Source of the DNA: Bacteroidota bacterium
GTDB lineage: Bacteria > Bacteroidota > Bacteroidia > AKYH767-A > OLB10
NCBI GenBank assembly: GCA_025352785.1
Contig: JANXSD010000009.1
Span: forward strand, 5,402-69,401
Reading direction: 5' to 3'
Length of the DNA: 64,000 bases
A program made the translations under genes and the position numbers. The notes below the pieces were generated by a model. The model was not told where the DNA came from. It made no database searches and saw nothing but the letters and a program-made list of their open reading frames with translations. Numbering within the stretch: the stretch's first letter is position 1; each line of letters starts with the position of its first letter. Shown piece after piece: positions 20,510-30,622 of this stretch.

Positions 20510-21595
20510 TTAGAATTTCTTAAAACTGTTTTTTCTTGGATCAGGTAATTCGTCTCCCAAAAGATAACCTAATGGTTTTAAATGCTCAACCCGGTCGAAT
20601 ATTACCTTTAAAATTGCTGTTAATGGAATTGAGAGAAACATACCAGCAACGCCCCAAATGGTGCCACCAATTATAACAACAATTATAGAAACTAAAGCAT
20701 TAATTTTCACTTTCGATGCGACTATTTTTGGAACAATAAAATTATTATCAATAAATTGAACAAGCAGATAAGCGATTAAAACAAAAAAGGCGTCTGATGG
20801 TGATTTAGTTGCAAAAGCCAAAATCATTGGCAATGCAATAGCGATTAAACCACCAATATATGGAATAATATTAAGTAGAGCGCCTATTATTCCAAGTAAA
20901 ATGGCATAATCTAAACCAATTATTAGTAAACCAACAGAATTTAAAAAAGCTACTAAAGCGGCTTCAATTAATAATCCCAATAAATAATTTTGTATTAATG
21001 ATTTTGATTGTTCGAGTACATCAACAACTGTAGCATGTTTTTCTCTAGAAAAAAGTTTGCTTATAAAATTTAGTAATAAAGGTTTGTAATAAAGTATCAT
21101 AAATGTGTAAACAGGAATTAGAAAAGCAATAATGAAAACACCGCTAAGTGTTGATAATGTTTGACCAATCATAGAAGAACTAGAATTTAATCCTTCATTT
21201 TCCATTTTAATTAACCATAATTTAATTTTATATTTACTCACATTAAAATTTTGCGATACCCATTCAATGATATCATTAATCATTATGTTAAATTTAACTT
21301 TCAATTGAGGTAAAGCGTCACTAAACAAACTTGCTTGCGACCCTATGAAATAGAATAAACCAACAAATAATATCAATGCGCAAAATAAGGCCATAAAAAT
21401 TGCCACTACTCTATTTATTTTTCGCACTACTAAAAAATGAACGATCGGGTTTAATAAGATGGCAAATACAAAGGAATATATAATTGGTAAAATAATATCT
21501 TGAGCAATATACAAAGCATAAATAGTTGCTACTAATCCAATTAAAATTTGCGAGTATTTTAAATAATAAGGCAAATTCTGTTCTTTTTCAATCAT
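20510..21595 (-). CDS. AI-2E family transporter (UPF0118/PerM-like)
   Basis: 361 aa, about 8 TM segments, and the conserved C-terminal region GMFLSIPLTAILKVIF. Confidence 0.7.
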   Translation of the reverse strand: MIEKEQNLPYYLKYSQILIGLVATIYALYIAQDIILPIIYSFVFAILLNPIVHFLVVRKINRVVAIFMALFCALILFVGLFYFIGSQASLFSDALPQLKVKFNIMINDIIEWVSQNFNVSKYKIKLWLIKMENEGLNSSSSMIGQTLSTLSGVFIIAFLIPVYTFMILYYKPLLLNFISKLFSREKHATVVDVLEQSKSLIQNYLLGLLIEAALVAFLNSVGLLIIGLDYAILLGIIGALLNIIPYIGGLIAIALPMILAFATKSPSDAFFVLIAYLLVQFIDNNFIVPKIVASKVKINALVSIIVVIIGGTIWGVAGMFLSIPLTAILKVIFDRVEHLKPLGYLLGDELPDPRKNSFKKF

Positions 21596-21659
21596 AAGTA
21601 TTTACAATATAATTATTAATAAAACTACTTTTCTTTTTTATGAAACGTTGCGAAATATG

Positions 21660-23546
21660 CTATTTTACAATAATTTTTCCTGATTTGAATCCTGATTTAG
21701 TTTTAAATTCATATATATATACTGCATTTTCTTTAAATTTTATTTTTTTAATCTCATCCGCCAACAATGGTTCAAATTTTACTTTAACTCCTCTTAAATC
21801 AAAAATCGATAACTCACCTATTGATTTGCTAGAATTAAAAAATTGCACCTCTCCAAAAGAAGGATTAGGAAATACTTGAATAATGTCAGATGAAGAATTA
21901 ATTAGCTCTTCTGTTCCAGTTGTAATCGTCTTCACTTCAAATTTTCCAATATTAATAGTGAATGGTCCGGATGATTTTAACAAAAGATTTAAAGCAACAA
22001 TTGTATCACCACTATTAATTACAGTAGGAAGGCTTTGTAAATTTTCCCATGAACCATTTGAAGTAGGATGAATATAAATATTTTTGAATGTTGAATTTTT
22101 TGATTGTAATTGTACACCAATTGAATCTATAGTTGCAGAAGAAGATTTAAATGCAATCCCTCCTACTAAACTATTTAATTGAGTTACAATGTCGGTAGAA
22201 TATAGTGGGATATTATACGAACCGCCTAATGATGTAGAAGATAATGCAATCGAAGATCCACCATTATAAGCATCATTAAAATCATAATCCATATTTACAC
22301 TCGAATTATAGAAAGTCCATGTTGGAAGAATTGATTGATGTGACATATTGTGCCAAGTACCTGAACTTAAAACTATGCCATTTGAATAATAATTAAGACC
22401 ATGACCCGTATTGAAATCTGTTGAAAATGGTAATGTTGTAATTGTAGTTCTAGCAGCAATGTAATTCCCAATACCTTTCCATGCCAAATCAATTAAAAAT
22501 GGATTTTCATCATTGCCAGAAAATATTTTTCTTTCCGTTGCATAAAAGCTAGCATAGTCAGCCGGATCATTGTTAAAAGTAGAAAAACCACCATAGTTAA
22601 ACGTAAAATTTGTAGCAAAAAGTGCTATTGATGTTTTGGCAACACCACTTGGAAATATTTTATCAATCCAAGTATAATTAGAGAATGCAGGTTGCGCTGT
22701 TCTATTGGGCCACATATCAGCGCCAGTATAAACATCAAAGGGACTACGCGCTAAACTTAAGGCATACGTATTCGAGCTGGCAACAGTCGTTGCTTGGCTC
22801 CAACTATAATTCGTGAATAAGCCCGTAGAATGTTGAAAGAAATAAGCATTATTTGCGTTCAATTTATTTTGATAACTAATTGAACCGTTTTGCAACATAG
22901 CATCATACCAAATTACTTCTCCATTATAACTGCTGTCAAACTGATTTATAAAACTAGAAAAATCTGCACCAGTTGTCGAATTCACTTGTGTTTCACAATT
23001 AAAAATCCAGCCATCGAAATTATAATAATTAGCTATTGCCATTAATTGAGAAGAAGCAATATAATTTCCATTTATGTCCTTTTGCAAGAAGCTTTGAACA
23101 GCAGCTTGAGTTCCGCCATAAACAGCAGGAGCAAAAAAGATTGTACCGATCACTTTCACCCCATTTTTATGTGCTGCATCAACCCACGCTTTTGAAGGGA
23201 TAAGAATCGGAGTTCCGGCACTACCTCCAAACCAAGCCAAGATATCGATGTATTGCCAATGTGAAAAATTAAATAAATTAAACTGACTTGATGAATCAAT
23301 GTAAGGTCCAAAATTGTCCATCCCATCAGGCGAATAAAGAATTTTTGCATTGGTATCCACGTTACTTATCAATTGAAAATTCTTTGATTTCTCCCTATGA
23401 TTCAAAGTCGTATAAGAAATATTTGACTGATTTATAATAGAAGGATTCCAATTTAAAAAATCAATAATGGTAAGAGATAAATCCGCCTGAGCAAATAGAA
23501 ATTGGTTTGAAATGAGAAAAAACATACACACTAATAATTTTTTCAT
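21660..23546 (-). CDS. Secreted glycoside hydrolase, probable GH85 endo-beta-N-acetylglucosaminidase, with T9SS C-terminal sorting domain
   Basis: Likely start MKKLLVCMFFLISNQFLFAQ at 23546. A DGWIFNCET motif resembles the GH85 catalytic xDGWxxNxE. The C-terminus VFPNPSFGEV...AVYIYEF...KIIVK is a Por_Secre_tail. Confidence 0.45.
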   Translation of the reverse strand: MKKLLVCMFFLISNQFLFAQADLSLTIIDFLNWNPSIINQSNISYTTLNHREKSKNFQLISNVDTNAKILYSPDGMDNFGPYIDSSSQFNLFNFSHWQYIDILAWFGGSAGTPILIPSKAWVDAAHKNGVKVIGTIFFAPAVYGGTQAAVQSFLQKDINGNYIASSQLMAIANYYNFDGWIFNCETQVNSTTGADFSSFINQFDSSYNGEVIWYDAMLQNGSISYQNKLNANNAYFFQHSTGLFTNYSWSQATTVASSNTYALSLARSPFDVYTGADMWPNRTAQPAFSNYTWIDKIFPSGVAKTSIALFATNFTFNYGGFSTFNNDPADYASFYATERKIFSGNDENPFLIDLAWKGIGNYIAARTTITTLPFSTDFNTGHGLNYYSNGIVLSSGTWHNMSHQSILPTWTFYNSSVNMDYDFNDAYNGGSSIALSSTSLGGSYNIPLYSTDIVTQLNSLVGGIAFKSSSATIDSIGVQLQSKNSTFKNIYIHPTSNGSWENLQSLPTVINSGDTIVALNLLLKSSGPFTINIGKFEVKTITTGTEELINSSSDIIQVFPNPSFGEVQFFNSSKSIGELSIFDLRGVKVKFEPLLADEIKKIKFKENAVYIYEFKTKSGFKSGKIIVK

Positions 23547-23869
23547 GAAAGGTAATTTGTAAATTTGATTTGCCATAATTTTATTGCTACTAATAATTCT
23601 ATTCATTTTACTTGATTGAAGAACTACGTAAAAGTACTACTTAACTATCAAGTTTGAATATTACTTTCAAAAGTAAAATAATTTTTAGATAATAAGATAA
23701 AATATAAATAAAATGTTAAACTCAGACCTACTTCGATTTGATTTAAAATCAGTAAGTCGATACCTAAAAATTTAAATTCAGACGAAAATCTGGGTATAAA
23801 TCAGGTTAAAATTATCACTTTTGCAAAACTAATCACTTACCTTTATGTTTTCATTGATTATTCCATAAA

Positions 23870-24961
23870 ATGCTTGGCTTACGATTCTCCCAATTAATTC
23901 CACCGTCTGAAGGTTCCACCTACGATAAATTGTCGAAAATTTTTATGGAGTTGCTTCAATATACCGCTGCAGATGCTAATGAAGCATTGAGTTGGTTAAC
24001 GGAATTAGATCGGCAACATAATCTCACTACATCTGAATATGGAATGGGGGATTTTATTAATGATTTAATGGAAAATGGCTTCTTAAAAAAAAATGAGCAA
24101 CAAAACCTTGAAATAACTTCGAAAACGGAGCAAACAATTCGTCAGCAATCTTTAGAAGAGATTTTTGGCAAAATGAAAAAAGCTGGACTTGGTGGGCACA
24201 GAACTACAAAAACGGGACAAGGTGATGAAGTTTCATCAGATATTCGTCCGTGGCAATTTGGAGATACTACCGAACAAATTAATATGACCGACTCCTTACG
24301 AAATGCGCAAATAAGAAATGGTATTGAAGATTTTTCGATGAATGAAAATGATCTTGAAGTACAAGAGAGAGAACATAAAACTTTTAATGCCACGGTTTTG
24401 ATGATCGACATTTCACATTCCATGATTTTGTACGGAGAAGATCGTATTACTCCAGCAAAAAAAGTAGCTATGGCATTAGCTGAACTTATTCGTACACGTT
24501 ATCCCAAGGACACATTGGATATCGTAGTTTTTGGTGACGATGCATGGTCTATTGAAGTTAAAGATCTACCTTATTTGCAAGTTGGACCTTTTCATACTAA
24601 TACATCTGCTGGCATTACACTAGCAATGGATTTATTAAGAAAAAGAAAAACGCCAAACAAACAAATATTCATGATTACCGATGGTAAGCCCAGTTGCTTA
24701 AAAATTGGAAACAAATATTATAAAAATAGTTTTGGTTTAGATCAGAAAATTATAACTGACGTTTTTAATCTTGCAGGACAATGCAGAAGATTAAATATTC
24801 CTATCACAACATTCATGATTGCTAAAGATCCATATTTACAATCATTTGTTAGAGATTTTACACAAGTTAATAATGGAAGAGCATTTTATAGTTCACTAAA
24901 TGGATTAGGTGAATTCATGTTTGAAGATTATATTAAAAACAGAAAAAAAACAGTTCGATAA
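23870..24961 (+). CDS. von Willebrand factor A (VWA) domain protein with MIDAS motif
   Basis: DISHSM (DxSxS) MIDAS motif, then ...MITDGKPS. It sits immediately upstream of a ChlI-like ATPase. Confidence 0.6.
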   Translation: MLGLRFSQLIPPSEGSTYDKLSKIFMELLQYTAADANEALSWLTELDRQHNLTTSEYGMGDFINDLMENGFLKKNEQQNLEITSKTEQTIRQQSLEEIFGKMKKAGLGGHRTTKTGQGDEVSSDIRPWQFGDTTEQINMTDSLRNAQIRNGIEDFSMNENDLEVQEREHKTFNATVLMIDISHSMILYGEDRITPAKKVAMALAELIRTRYPKDTLDIVVFGDDAWSIEVKDLPYLQVGPFHTNTSAGITLAMDLLRKRKTPNKQIFMITDGKPSCLKIGNKYYKNSFGLDQKIITDVFNLAGQCRRLNIPITTFMIAKDPYLQSFVRDFTQVNNGRAFYSSLNGLGEFMFEDYIKNRKKTVR

Positions 24962-24962
24962 A

Positions 24963-26453
24963 ATGAATAAAAAAATAAACATTGACAAAATCCGTACACT
25001 TGGTGAATTGATACGTTCGGGGTATAAACCAAGAACAATTAAACAAGAAATGAGAGAAAATCTCATCGAATCATTGCGAAGCAAGACACCACTTTTTAAA
25101 TATATTCAAGGCTATGAAGAATCCGTAATTCCCCAATTAGAAACAGCAATACTTTCTCAACATAATATTTTATTTCTAGGATTAAGAGGGCAAGCTAAAA
25201 CAAGATTATCACGGTTACTAACTGATTTATTGGATGAGTACATTCCAGTTATTTCGGGCAGCGAATTAAATGAAGATCCAATGTCACCTTTAACAAGATA
25301 TGGGAGAGATTTAGTAGAGGATCGTGCAGAGAATACTCCCGTTAGTTGGTTACATCGAGATGAGCGTTACATCGAAAAATTAGCAACTCCCGATGTTTCT
25401 GTTGCTGATTTAATTGGCGATTTAGATCCAATAAAGGCAGCAAATTTAAAATTAAGTTATGCTGATGAAAGAGCTATTCATTTTGGATTAATACCTCGTT
25501 CGCATCGTTGCATATTTGTGATTAACGAATTACCAGATTTGCAAGCAAGAATTCAAGTTGCTTTGTTTAATATTTTGCAGGAAGGCGATATTCAAATTCG
25601 TGGATTTAGAATTCGCTTACCTCTAGATCTTCAATTTATATTTACTGCAAATCCAGAAGATTACACCAATCGAGGATCAATTGTAACTCCACTTAAAGAT
25701 AGAATTGGAAGTCAAATTTTAACACACTATCCAAAATCTATTGAGATTAGCTCCTTAATCACTAAACAAGAAGCCAAAGTTCCTGCCGATCAAAAAAACA
25801 TAATTTCAATCCCACCATTAGTAGATCGTTTACTCGAACAAATTGCGTTCGAAGCAAGAAAAAGTGAATATATTGATCAAAAAAGTGGAGTTTCTGCCAG
25901 ATTATCGATTAGTGCTTATGAAAATTTATATTCTGTTGTTCATCGACGTATTTTGATGAATGGAGAAGCAGAGGGCACTGCAAGAATTAGCGACCTTTAC
26001 GGGATTATTCCAGCAATAACTGGCAAAGTTGAATTGGTTTATGAAGGAGAGTTAGAAGGGATTTCTAATGTTGCATATACTTTAATTGGGAAAGCCATAC
26101 GTTCAGAATTTTTAAAGTTTTTTCCCGATCCAGAACGTACAAAAAAGTCAAAACAAAAAAATCCATATAGCGAAGTTATTGGTTGGTTTGGCGAAGGAAA
26201 TGAAGTTGATATTTTGCATAATGGAACTCAACGTGTGTTTGAAGAGGAATTAAAAAAGGTTGTAGGATTGCATGACTTAGTAAAAAATTATTTGAAAAAT
26301 GTTCCTAAAAACGAAGTATCGTTAATGTCGGAATTTTTACTTCATGGCTTATCTGAATATTCACAAATTAGTAAAAGAAAATTAGAAAGCACATTGAAAT
26401 TCAGTGATCTTGTTGGAAGTATTTTTAACATGAAAACAGAAGATGAAGAATAA
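24963..26453 (+). CDS. AAA+ ATPase of the Mg-chelatase ChlI/BchI-like (sigma-54-interaction-like) family
   Basis: Walker A LGLRGQAKTRLSRLL and Walker B CIFVINELPD. Probable start MNKKINID at 24963, one nucleotide after the VWA stop; the track start at 24909 overlaps the VWA gene. Confidence 0.6.
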   Translation: MNKKINIDKIRTLGELIRSGYKPRTIKQEMRENLIESLRSKTPLFKYIQGYEESVIPQLETAILSQHNILFLGLRGQAKTRLSRLLTDLLDEYIPVISGSELNEDPMSPLTRYGRDLVEDRAENTPVSWLHRDERYIEKLATPDVSVADLIGDLDPIKAANLKLSYADERAIHFGLIPRSHRCIFVINELPDLQARIQVALFNILQEGDIQIRGFRIRLPLDLQFIFTANPEDYTNRGSIVTPLKDRIGSQILTHYPKSIEISSLITKQEAKVPADQKNIISIPPLVDRLLEQIAFEARKSEYIDQKSGVSARLSISAYENLYSVVHRRILMNGEAEGTARISDLYGIIPAITGKVELVYEGELEGISNVAYTLIGKAIRSEFLKFFPDPERTKKSKQKNPYSEVIGWFGEGNEVDILHNGTQRVFEEELKKVVGLHDLVKNYLKNVPKNEVSLMSEFLLHGLSEYSQISKRKLESTLKFSDLVGSIFNMKTEDEE

Positions 26454-26517
26454 CATTAAAATCCAAAATTAAACGTATAAATAATTTCACAATAACGAAC
26501 AATAAATTAGATAAAAT

Positions 26518-27030
26518 ATGCTTACATTCCTCCTATCATTTATGATGTTAATTTCATCTCCTGACAATGTATATTCTTTCAAAGTAAATGACATTAATGG
26601 CAAACCAATGGAACTTTCGCAATTCAAAGGAAAGAAAATTCTTGTTGTTAATACCGCTTCTAAATGTGGATACACTCCTCAATATGAAGACTTGGAGAAA
26701 TTATATCAAGCCTATAAAAGTAAATTAGTTATTATTGGATTTCCAGCAAATAATTTTGGAGGTCAAGATCCAGGAACTAATTCTGAAATTCTAGAATTTT
26801 GTAGTAGTAAATTTAATGTAACGTTCCCAATGGCATCAAAGGTTTCAGTGAAAGGATCGAATATGGATGAATTATTTAAATGGTTAACAACGCAAGATAA
26901 TCCAGATTTTAAAGGTGATATTCATTGGAATTTCGAAAAATTCTTAATCGATGAAAATGGAAAATTAGTTCACCGTTATCGTTCAGGAACAAAGCCATTG
27001 GATGAATCTATTACGAAGGAATTAAAATAA
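26518..27030 (+). CDS. Glutathione peroxidase (Cys-type, not selenocysteine)
   Basis: VVNTASKCGYTPQY active site with FPANNFGGQDPG and WNFEKFL motifs. The N-terminal 15 aa may be a signal or the start may lie slightly downstream. Confidence 0.85.
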   Translation: MLTFLLSFMMLISSPDNVYSFKVNDINGKPMELSQFKGKKILVVNTASKCGYTPQYEDLEKLYQAYKSKLVIIGFPANNFGGQDPGTNSEILEFCSSKFNVTFPMASKVSVKGSNMDELFKWLTTQDNPDFKGDIHWNFEKFLIDENGKLVHRYRSGTKPLDESITKELK

Positions 27031-27052
27031 TTTTAAGTATTTAGTACTATAT

Positions 27053-27088
27053 AAAAAAGGTGATTAATTAAAGATCACCTTTTTTAAT
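27053..27088. terminator. Bidirectional intrinsic terminator between gpx (+) and the response regulator (-)
   Basis: aaaaaaggtgat / gatcacctttttt hairpin with A-run and T-run flanks, placed between convergent genes. Confidence 0.65.
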
Positions 27089-27121
27089 TTCTTAAACCTA
27101 AGGATAGAAAAAATTTGTTTA

Positions 27122-27820
27122 TCATTCTGCAATTAGCAGTCGAACTCCTTTGCCATGTAATGTTACAATTTCAATGGAGGGATCTTTCTTTAGATACTTC
27201 CTTAAACGTGTAACAAACACATCCATGCTTCTTCCATTGAAATAATTATCATCTCCCCAAATTAATTTCAATGCTTTTTGCCTAGGTAAAAGATCATTTT
27301 TATGAGTACATAACAATCGTAACAAATCTGCTTCTTTGGGAGAGATACTTATCGTCTCTTCTCCATCAAATATTTTCCTATACTTATAATCAAATTGATA
27401 CAAACCAATTTTAAAATTTGTTTGGTCTTCCATTTCTGTAATTCCCATTGATCGTCGAAGTATGACATTAATTTTATGGAGCAAAACATCTGTATCAAAC
27501 GGTTTAGTTAAATAATCATCTGCACCTGCTTTATATCCTTTCAGCATATCTTCTTTCATTCCTTTAGCAGTAAGGAAAATAATAGGAACTTTTTTGTCAA
27601 CTTCTCTAATTTGAGTTGCTACCGAAAAACCATCCAATTTAGGCATCATCACATCCAAAATACAAAGGTCGAATGATTTAGTTCCAAATGTTTCTAAGCC
27701 AGCGACCCCATCTCTTGTCAAGGTAACGTCGTAACTATTCAATTCAAGATAGTTTTTCAACACATTGCCGAAATTAATATCATCTTCCACTAATAATATT
27801 TTAGCTTTTATTGTTTGCAT
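27122..27820 (-). CDS. OmpR-family response regulator
   Basis: Receiver motifs ILLVEDD, DLCILDVMMP and IFLTAK, plus a winged-helix C-terminus. Confidence 0.85.
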   Translation of the reverse strand: MQTIKAKILLVEDDINFGNVLKNYLELNSYDVTLTRDGVAGLETFGTKSFDLCILDVMMPKLDGFSVATQIREVDKKVPIIFLTAKGMKEDMLKGYKAGADDYLTKPFDTDVLLHKINVILRRSMGITEMEDQTNFKIGLYQFDYKYRKIFDGEETISISPKEADLLRLLCTHKNDLLPRQKALKLIWGDDNYFNGRSMDVFVTRLRKYLKKDPSIEIVTLHGKGVRLLIAE

Positions 27821-27822
27821 AA

Positions 27823-29505
27823 TTAGGAGATATAATTGGGTAACTGCACAGTAAAAATGCTTCCTTTATTTAGTTCACTACTTACATGAATAATTCCATC
27901 ATGGGCTTCTACAATTGCTTTAACATAACTCAATCCTAAGCCAAAACCTTTCACATCATGAATATTACCAGATGTTGCTCTATAAAATGTTTCAAAAACA
28001 CGCTTTTGAACATCCTTCGACATTCCTATGCCGTGATCTGTTACACTAACCATCAAACAATTATTTTCATTCCACGATTTAATTAGAATCAAAGGATTTT
28101 CTGGAGAATATTTTGTAGCATTATCAATTAAATTTGTAAATACATTTAACAAATGGTTTCCATCAGCATTTACATTCGCATTTGTTGCCTCTAATTGCAA
28201 TTCAATTTTTCCCTCTCGTTGTTCCACAGGTAAAAAAGCCGAACCCACAGCATGATGAATAATGTCATGAATATCAGTAATTTCTTTTCGAAATATTAAT
28301 TCCCCTTTATCAATTTGTGCCATTTGCAAAACATGTTCCACTTGATTTAACATACGTTTGTTTTCTTCGATAATTACCGAAGTAAAGTAATCAAGTTTTT
28401 CATAATTTCCATAAACTCTTGGATCTCGAATTGATTCATTCGCAATAGCTATTGTTGCAATGGGAGTTTTAAATTCATGAGTCATATTATTGATGAAATC
28501 ATTTTTAATTTCTGCAAGTTTTTTTTGTTTTAAAACTGTATTTAATGTATATATAAAACCAACTATCATTATTAAAGTGAAGATGATTGAACTTGCGATC
28601 AGGGGCCACATTCCATACAATAAATAATTAAATTTATTGGGGAAAGCTAAAATTAACTGTTCATTACGCTTGAAAAAATCATTCGGAAAAAGAGGTAAAC
28701 GAAAATTGGAAATTATTATGATTGAAGTGTCATTTATGAGCTTCGAATAAATTAATTTTTCCTTAAGTGGATTAGCAATTCCAAAATTGTACGGTTGATC
28801 AATTTCGTGGTGATAAAGTTCAGAATGAATTATTGAATCAAGAGTTACGGAATCTATTCTACTAAAAACATTACCATTATGATCCGCAACTTGAAAAGTA
28901 AATTTTTGCATCATGGTATTTAATTTACGCATTTTTGAACGCATCCTCTTTTCCGTTTCACTTGCTAATGAATCGAATCTTGCCTCCTCTTGTACAAGAT
29001 TCTGCTCTTGACTTTTCATTTCAATAGCATATACTTCTTTTGATTGAACATCTTTTTCAACACGAATATCAATGCTTGCAGTATCCGGATGAAGACGTAA
29101 ATCACCATCAGGATATCGACGATGGCGTAGCTCACGAAGATTCACAATTTGTTGGTTAACTGCTTTGGTGAAATCACTGATTGCAGTTGGTGGGCCTGGA
29201 GGAGGTAATGGCTCGGGGGGTGATTGAATTAATTCCTTTAAAACTTCTTCAGTGGAATCACCACTCGAGAAAGAAGAATTACTAGAATCAGCAGTACTCA
29301 TGAATTTATGAACTACAATCTTCATATTTTCCTTTTGCTCAACTTTATCCACAATATTATTCATGGCAAGCATTACATTCTGACTAAATTGCTGCTCTTT
29401 CAATTGCAAATCATGCCTTATCCAATAGGATTGAAGTATAATCAACCCTAACATGGCAAGACTCATCAATACTACGGTAGACCAGAATCTTCTCTTATTC
29501 ATCAT
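27823..29505 (-). CDS. Sensor histidine kinase (2 TM, periplasmic domain, HisKA H-box HEFKTP, HATPase_c)
   Basis: H-box NMTHEFKTPIATI. N, G1 and G2 boxes are present (DNATKYS, DHGIGM, GFGLGLS). It forms an operon with the adjacent response regulator, the two genes separated by 2 nt. Confidence 0.85.
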   Translation of the reverse strand: MMNKRRFWSTVVLMSLAMLGLIILQSYWIRHDLQLKEQQFSQNVMLAMNNIVDKVEQKENMKIVVHKFMSTADSSNSSFSSGDSTEEVLKELIQSPPEPLPPPGPPTAISDFTKAVNQQIVNLRELRHRRYPDGDLRLHPDTASIDIRVEKDVQSKEVYAIEMKSQEQNLVQEEARFDSLASETEKRMRSKMRKLNTMMQKFTFQVADHNGNVFSRIDSVTLDSIIHSELYHHEIDQPYNFGIANPLKEKLIYSKLINDTSIIIISNFRLPLFPNDFFKRNEQLILAFPNKFNYLLYGMWPLIASSIIFTLIMIVGFIYTLNTVLKQKKLAEIKNDFINNMTHEFKTPIATIAIANESIRDPRVYGNYEKLDYFTSVIIEENKRMLNQVEHVLQMAQIDKGELIFRKEITDIHDIIHHAVGSAFLPVEQREGKIELQLEATNANVNADGNHLLNVFTNLIDNATKYSPENPLILIKSWNENNCLMVSVTDHGIGMSKDVQKRVFETFYRATSGNIHDVKGFGLGLSYVKAIVEAHDGIIHVSSELNKGSIFTVQLPNYIS

Positions 29506-29626
29506 TCCAAAAATACAATTTGATTCAATGTCAACATCTCCATTAACCGGACATTAACTTTGTTTAACTAGCCTTTAACGCATAGAGCATGATAAATAAT
29601 GTACTATTGTCAGAAATTTAAAAACA

Positions 29627-30139
29627 ATGAAACCACTTTACAAAATTTTTATGCTTTGCGCTATACTCTTTCTTGCAGCAAATAGCAATGCGCAGGATTC
29701 AAAGAAGCAATAAAAAAATAAATCGCATATTGTGATTATTACCAATGAAAATGGGAAAGAGTCACAAATTGATACTACATTCTCGGATGAGATATCGATG
29801 AAAGTATTTCTCAAAGATCATGATATGGATGCGCCAAATCCTCCAGAGCCACCAATGCCCCCTGAAACAATTGCACCACCAGAACCACCGATGCCACCAA
29901 AAGAGGTTTCAGAATCTCGAAAAGTTACTCATCACGGAAAAGATGTTGTTTATACGTATCGTTACAATTATGATAACGAAGAAGGTGAAAATAATAATTT
30001 AATTATTTCATTTGACAAAAAGGATTTTAATGATTTGTTAGATCGTTTAAAAAGTACAATCTATGAATTAGAAAAAGATAAAAACATAAGTCAGAAATCA
30101 CTTCAGAAAGAACTTGAAGAATTGAAAAAGTCATTGTAA
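29627..30139 (+). pseudogene. Small secreted proline-rich coiled-coil protein, reading frame interrupted by a single TAA directly after the signal peptide
   Basis: ATG 29627 encodes MKPLYKIFMLCAILFLAANSNAQDSKKQ, then TAA at 29711. The same frame continues KNKSHIVIITNENGK...PPEPPMPPETIAPPEPPMPPKE...ELEELKKSL to 30139. The track's GTG ORF at 29732 is in the same frame as the upstream ATG. Confidence 0.35.
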
Positions 30140-30622
30140 GAAATAACAGCGGAATCTAACGTATTAAATAAAACTGTAAAAAAAGTGATTACTAAGAATG
30201 TCGATAAGGAGTGAAATTTAAAAATATTAATTCGAAATTCCAGTATACGTTTATTGTCTTTATATTTGATTTTATTACCGGGGTAACTAAAAATTATCTC
30301 GGTTTTTACATTCATATCGATGCAAAAACTTATATGAAAATTTCTTAAGGTTCGATTCATACAACTTATTCAAGAACTAAAAAACTTGGCATAACTTATA
30401 TAATATTTTTAGGTTTAATATTTTCATTTCTTCTTTACATCACTTTTTTAAAATGCAACTCAATTACTGAAACATGCGATGAAATCCACTATTTGAAAGA
30501 TGGTAAATTAATCGGAAATTTTGTGCAACCACAATTTATTGTTCTCGGCAAGGAACTCAAAGAAATCACCAATTCTTTGTATAAGGATTGGATAAAACAG
30601 ACGCACGAATTACAATAAACAC

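Noticed and set aside
26518-27030. Glutathione peroxidase as a selenoprotein
   Set aside because: The active-site codon encodes Cys (SKCGYT). There is no in-frame TGA.
29840-29910. PPEPPMPP coding repeat as a mobile or microsatellite repeat
   Set aside because: There are only two imperfect units, in frame within the ORF. It is better explained as a proline-rich linker than as a repeat element.
30340-30362. ggttcgattc, resembling a tRNA T-loop (GGTTCGAATCC)
   Set aside because: The flanking bases do not form a T-stem, and no acceptor or anticodon arms can be built. It is an isolated k-mer match.
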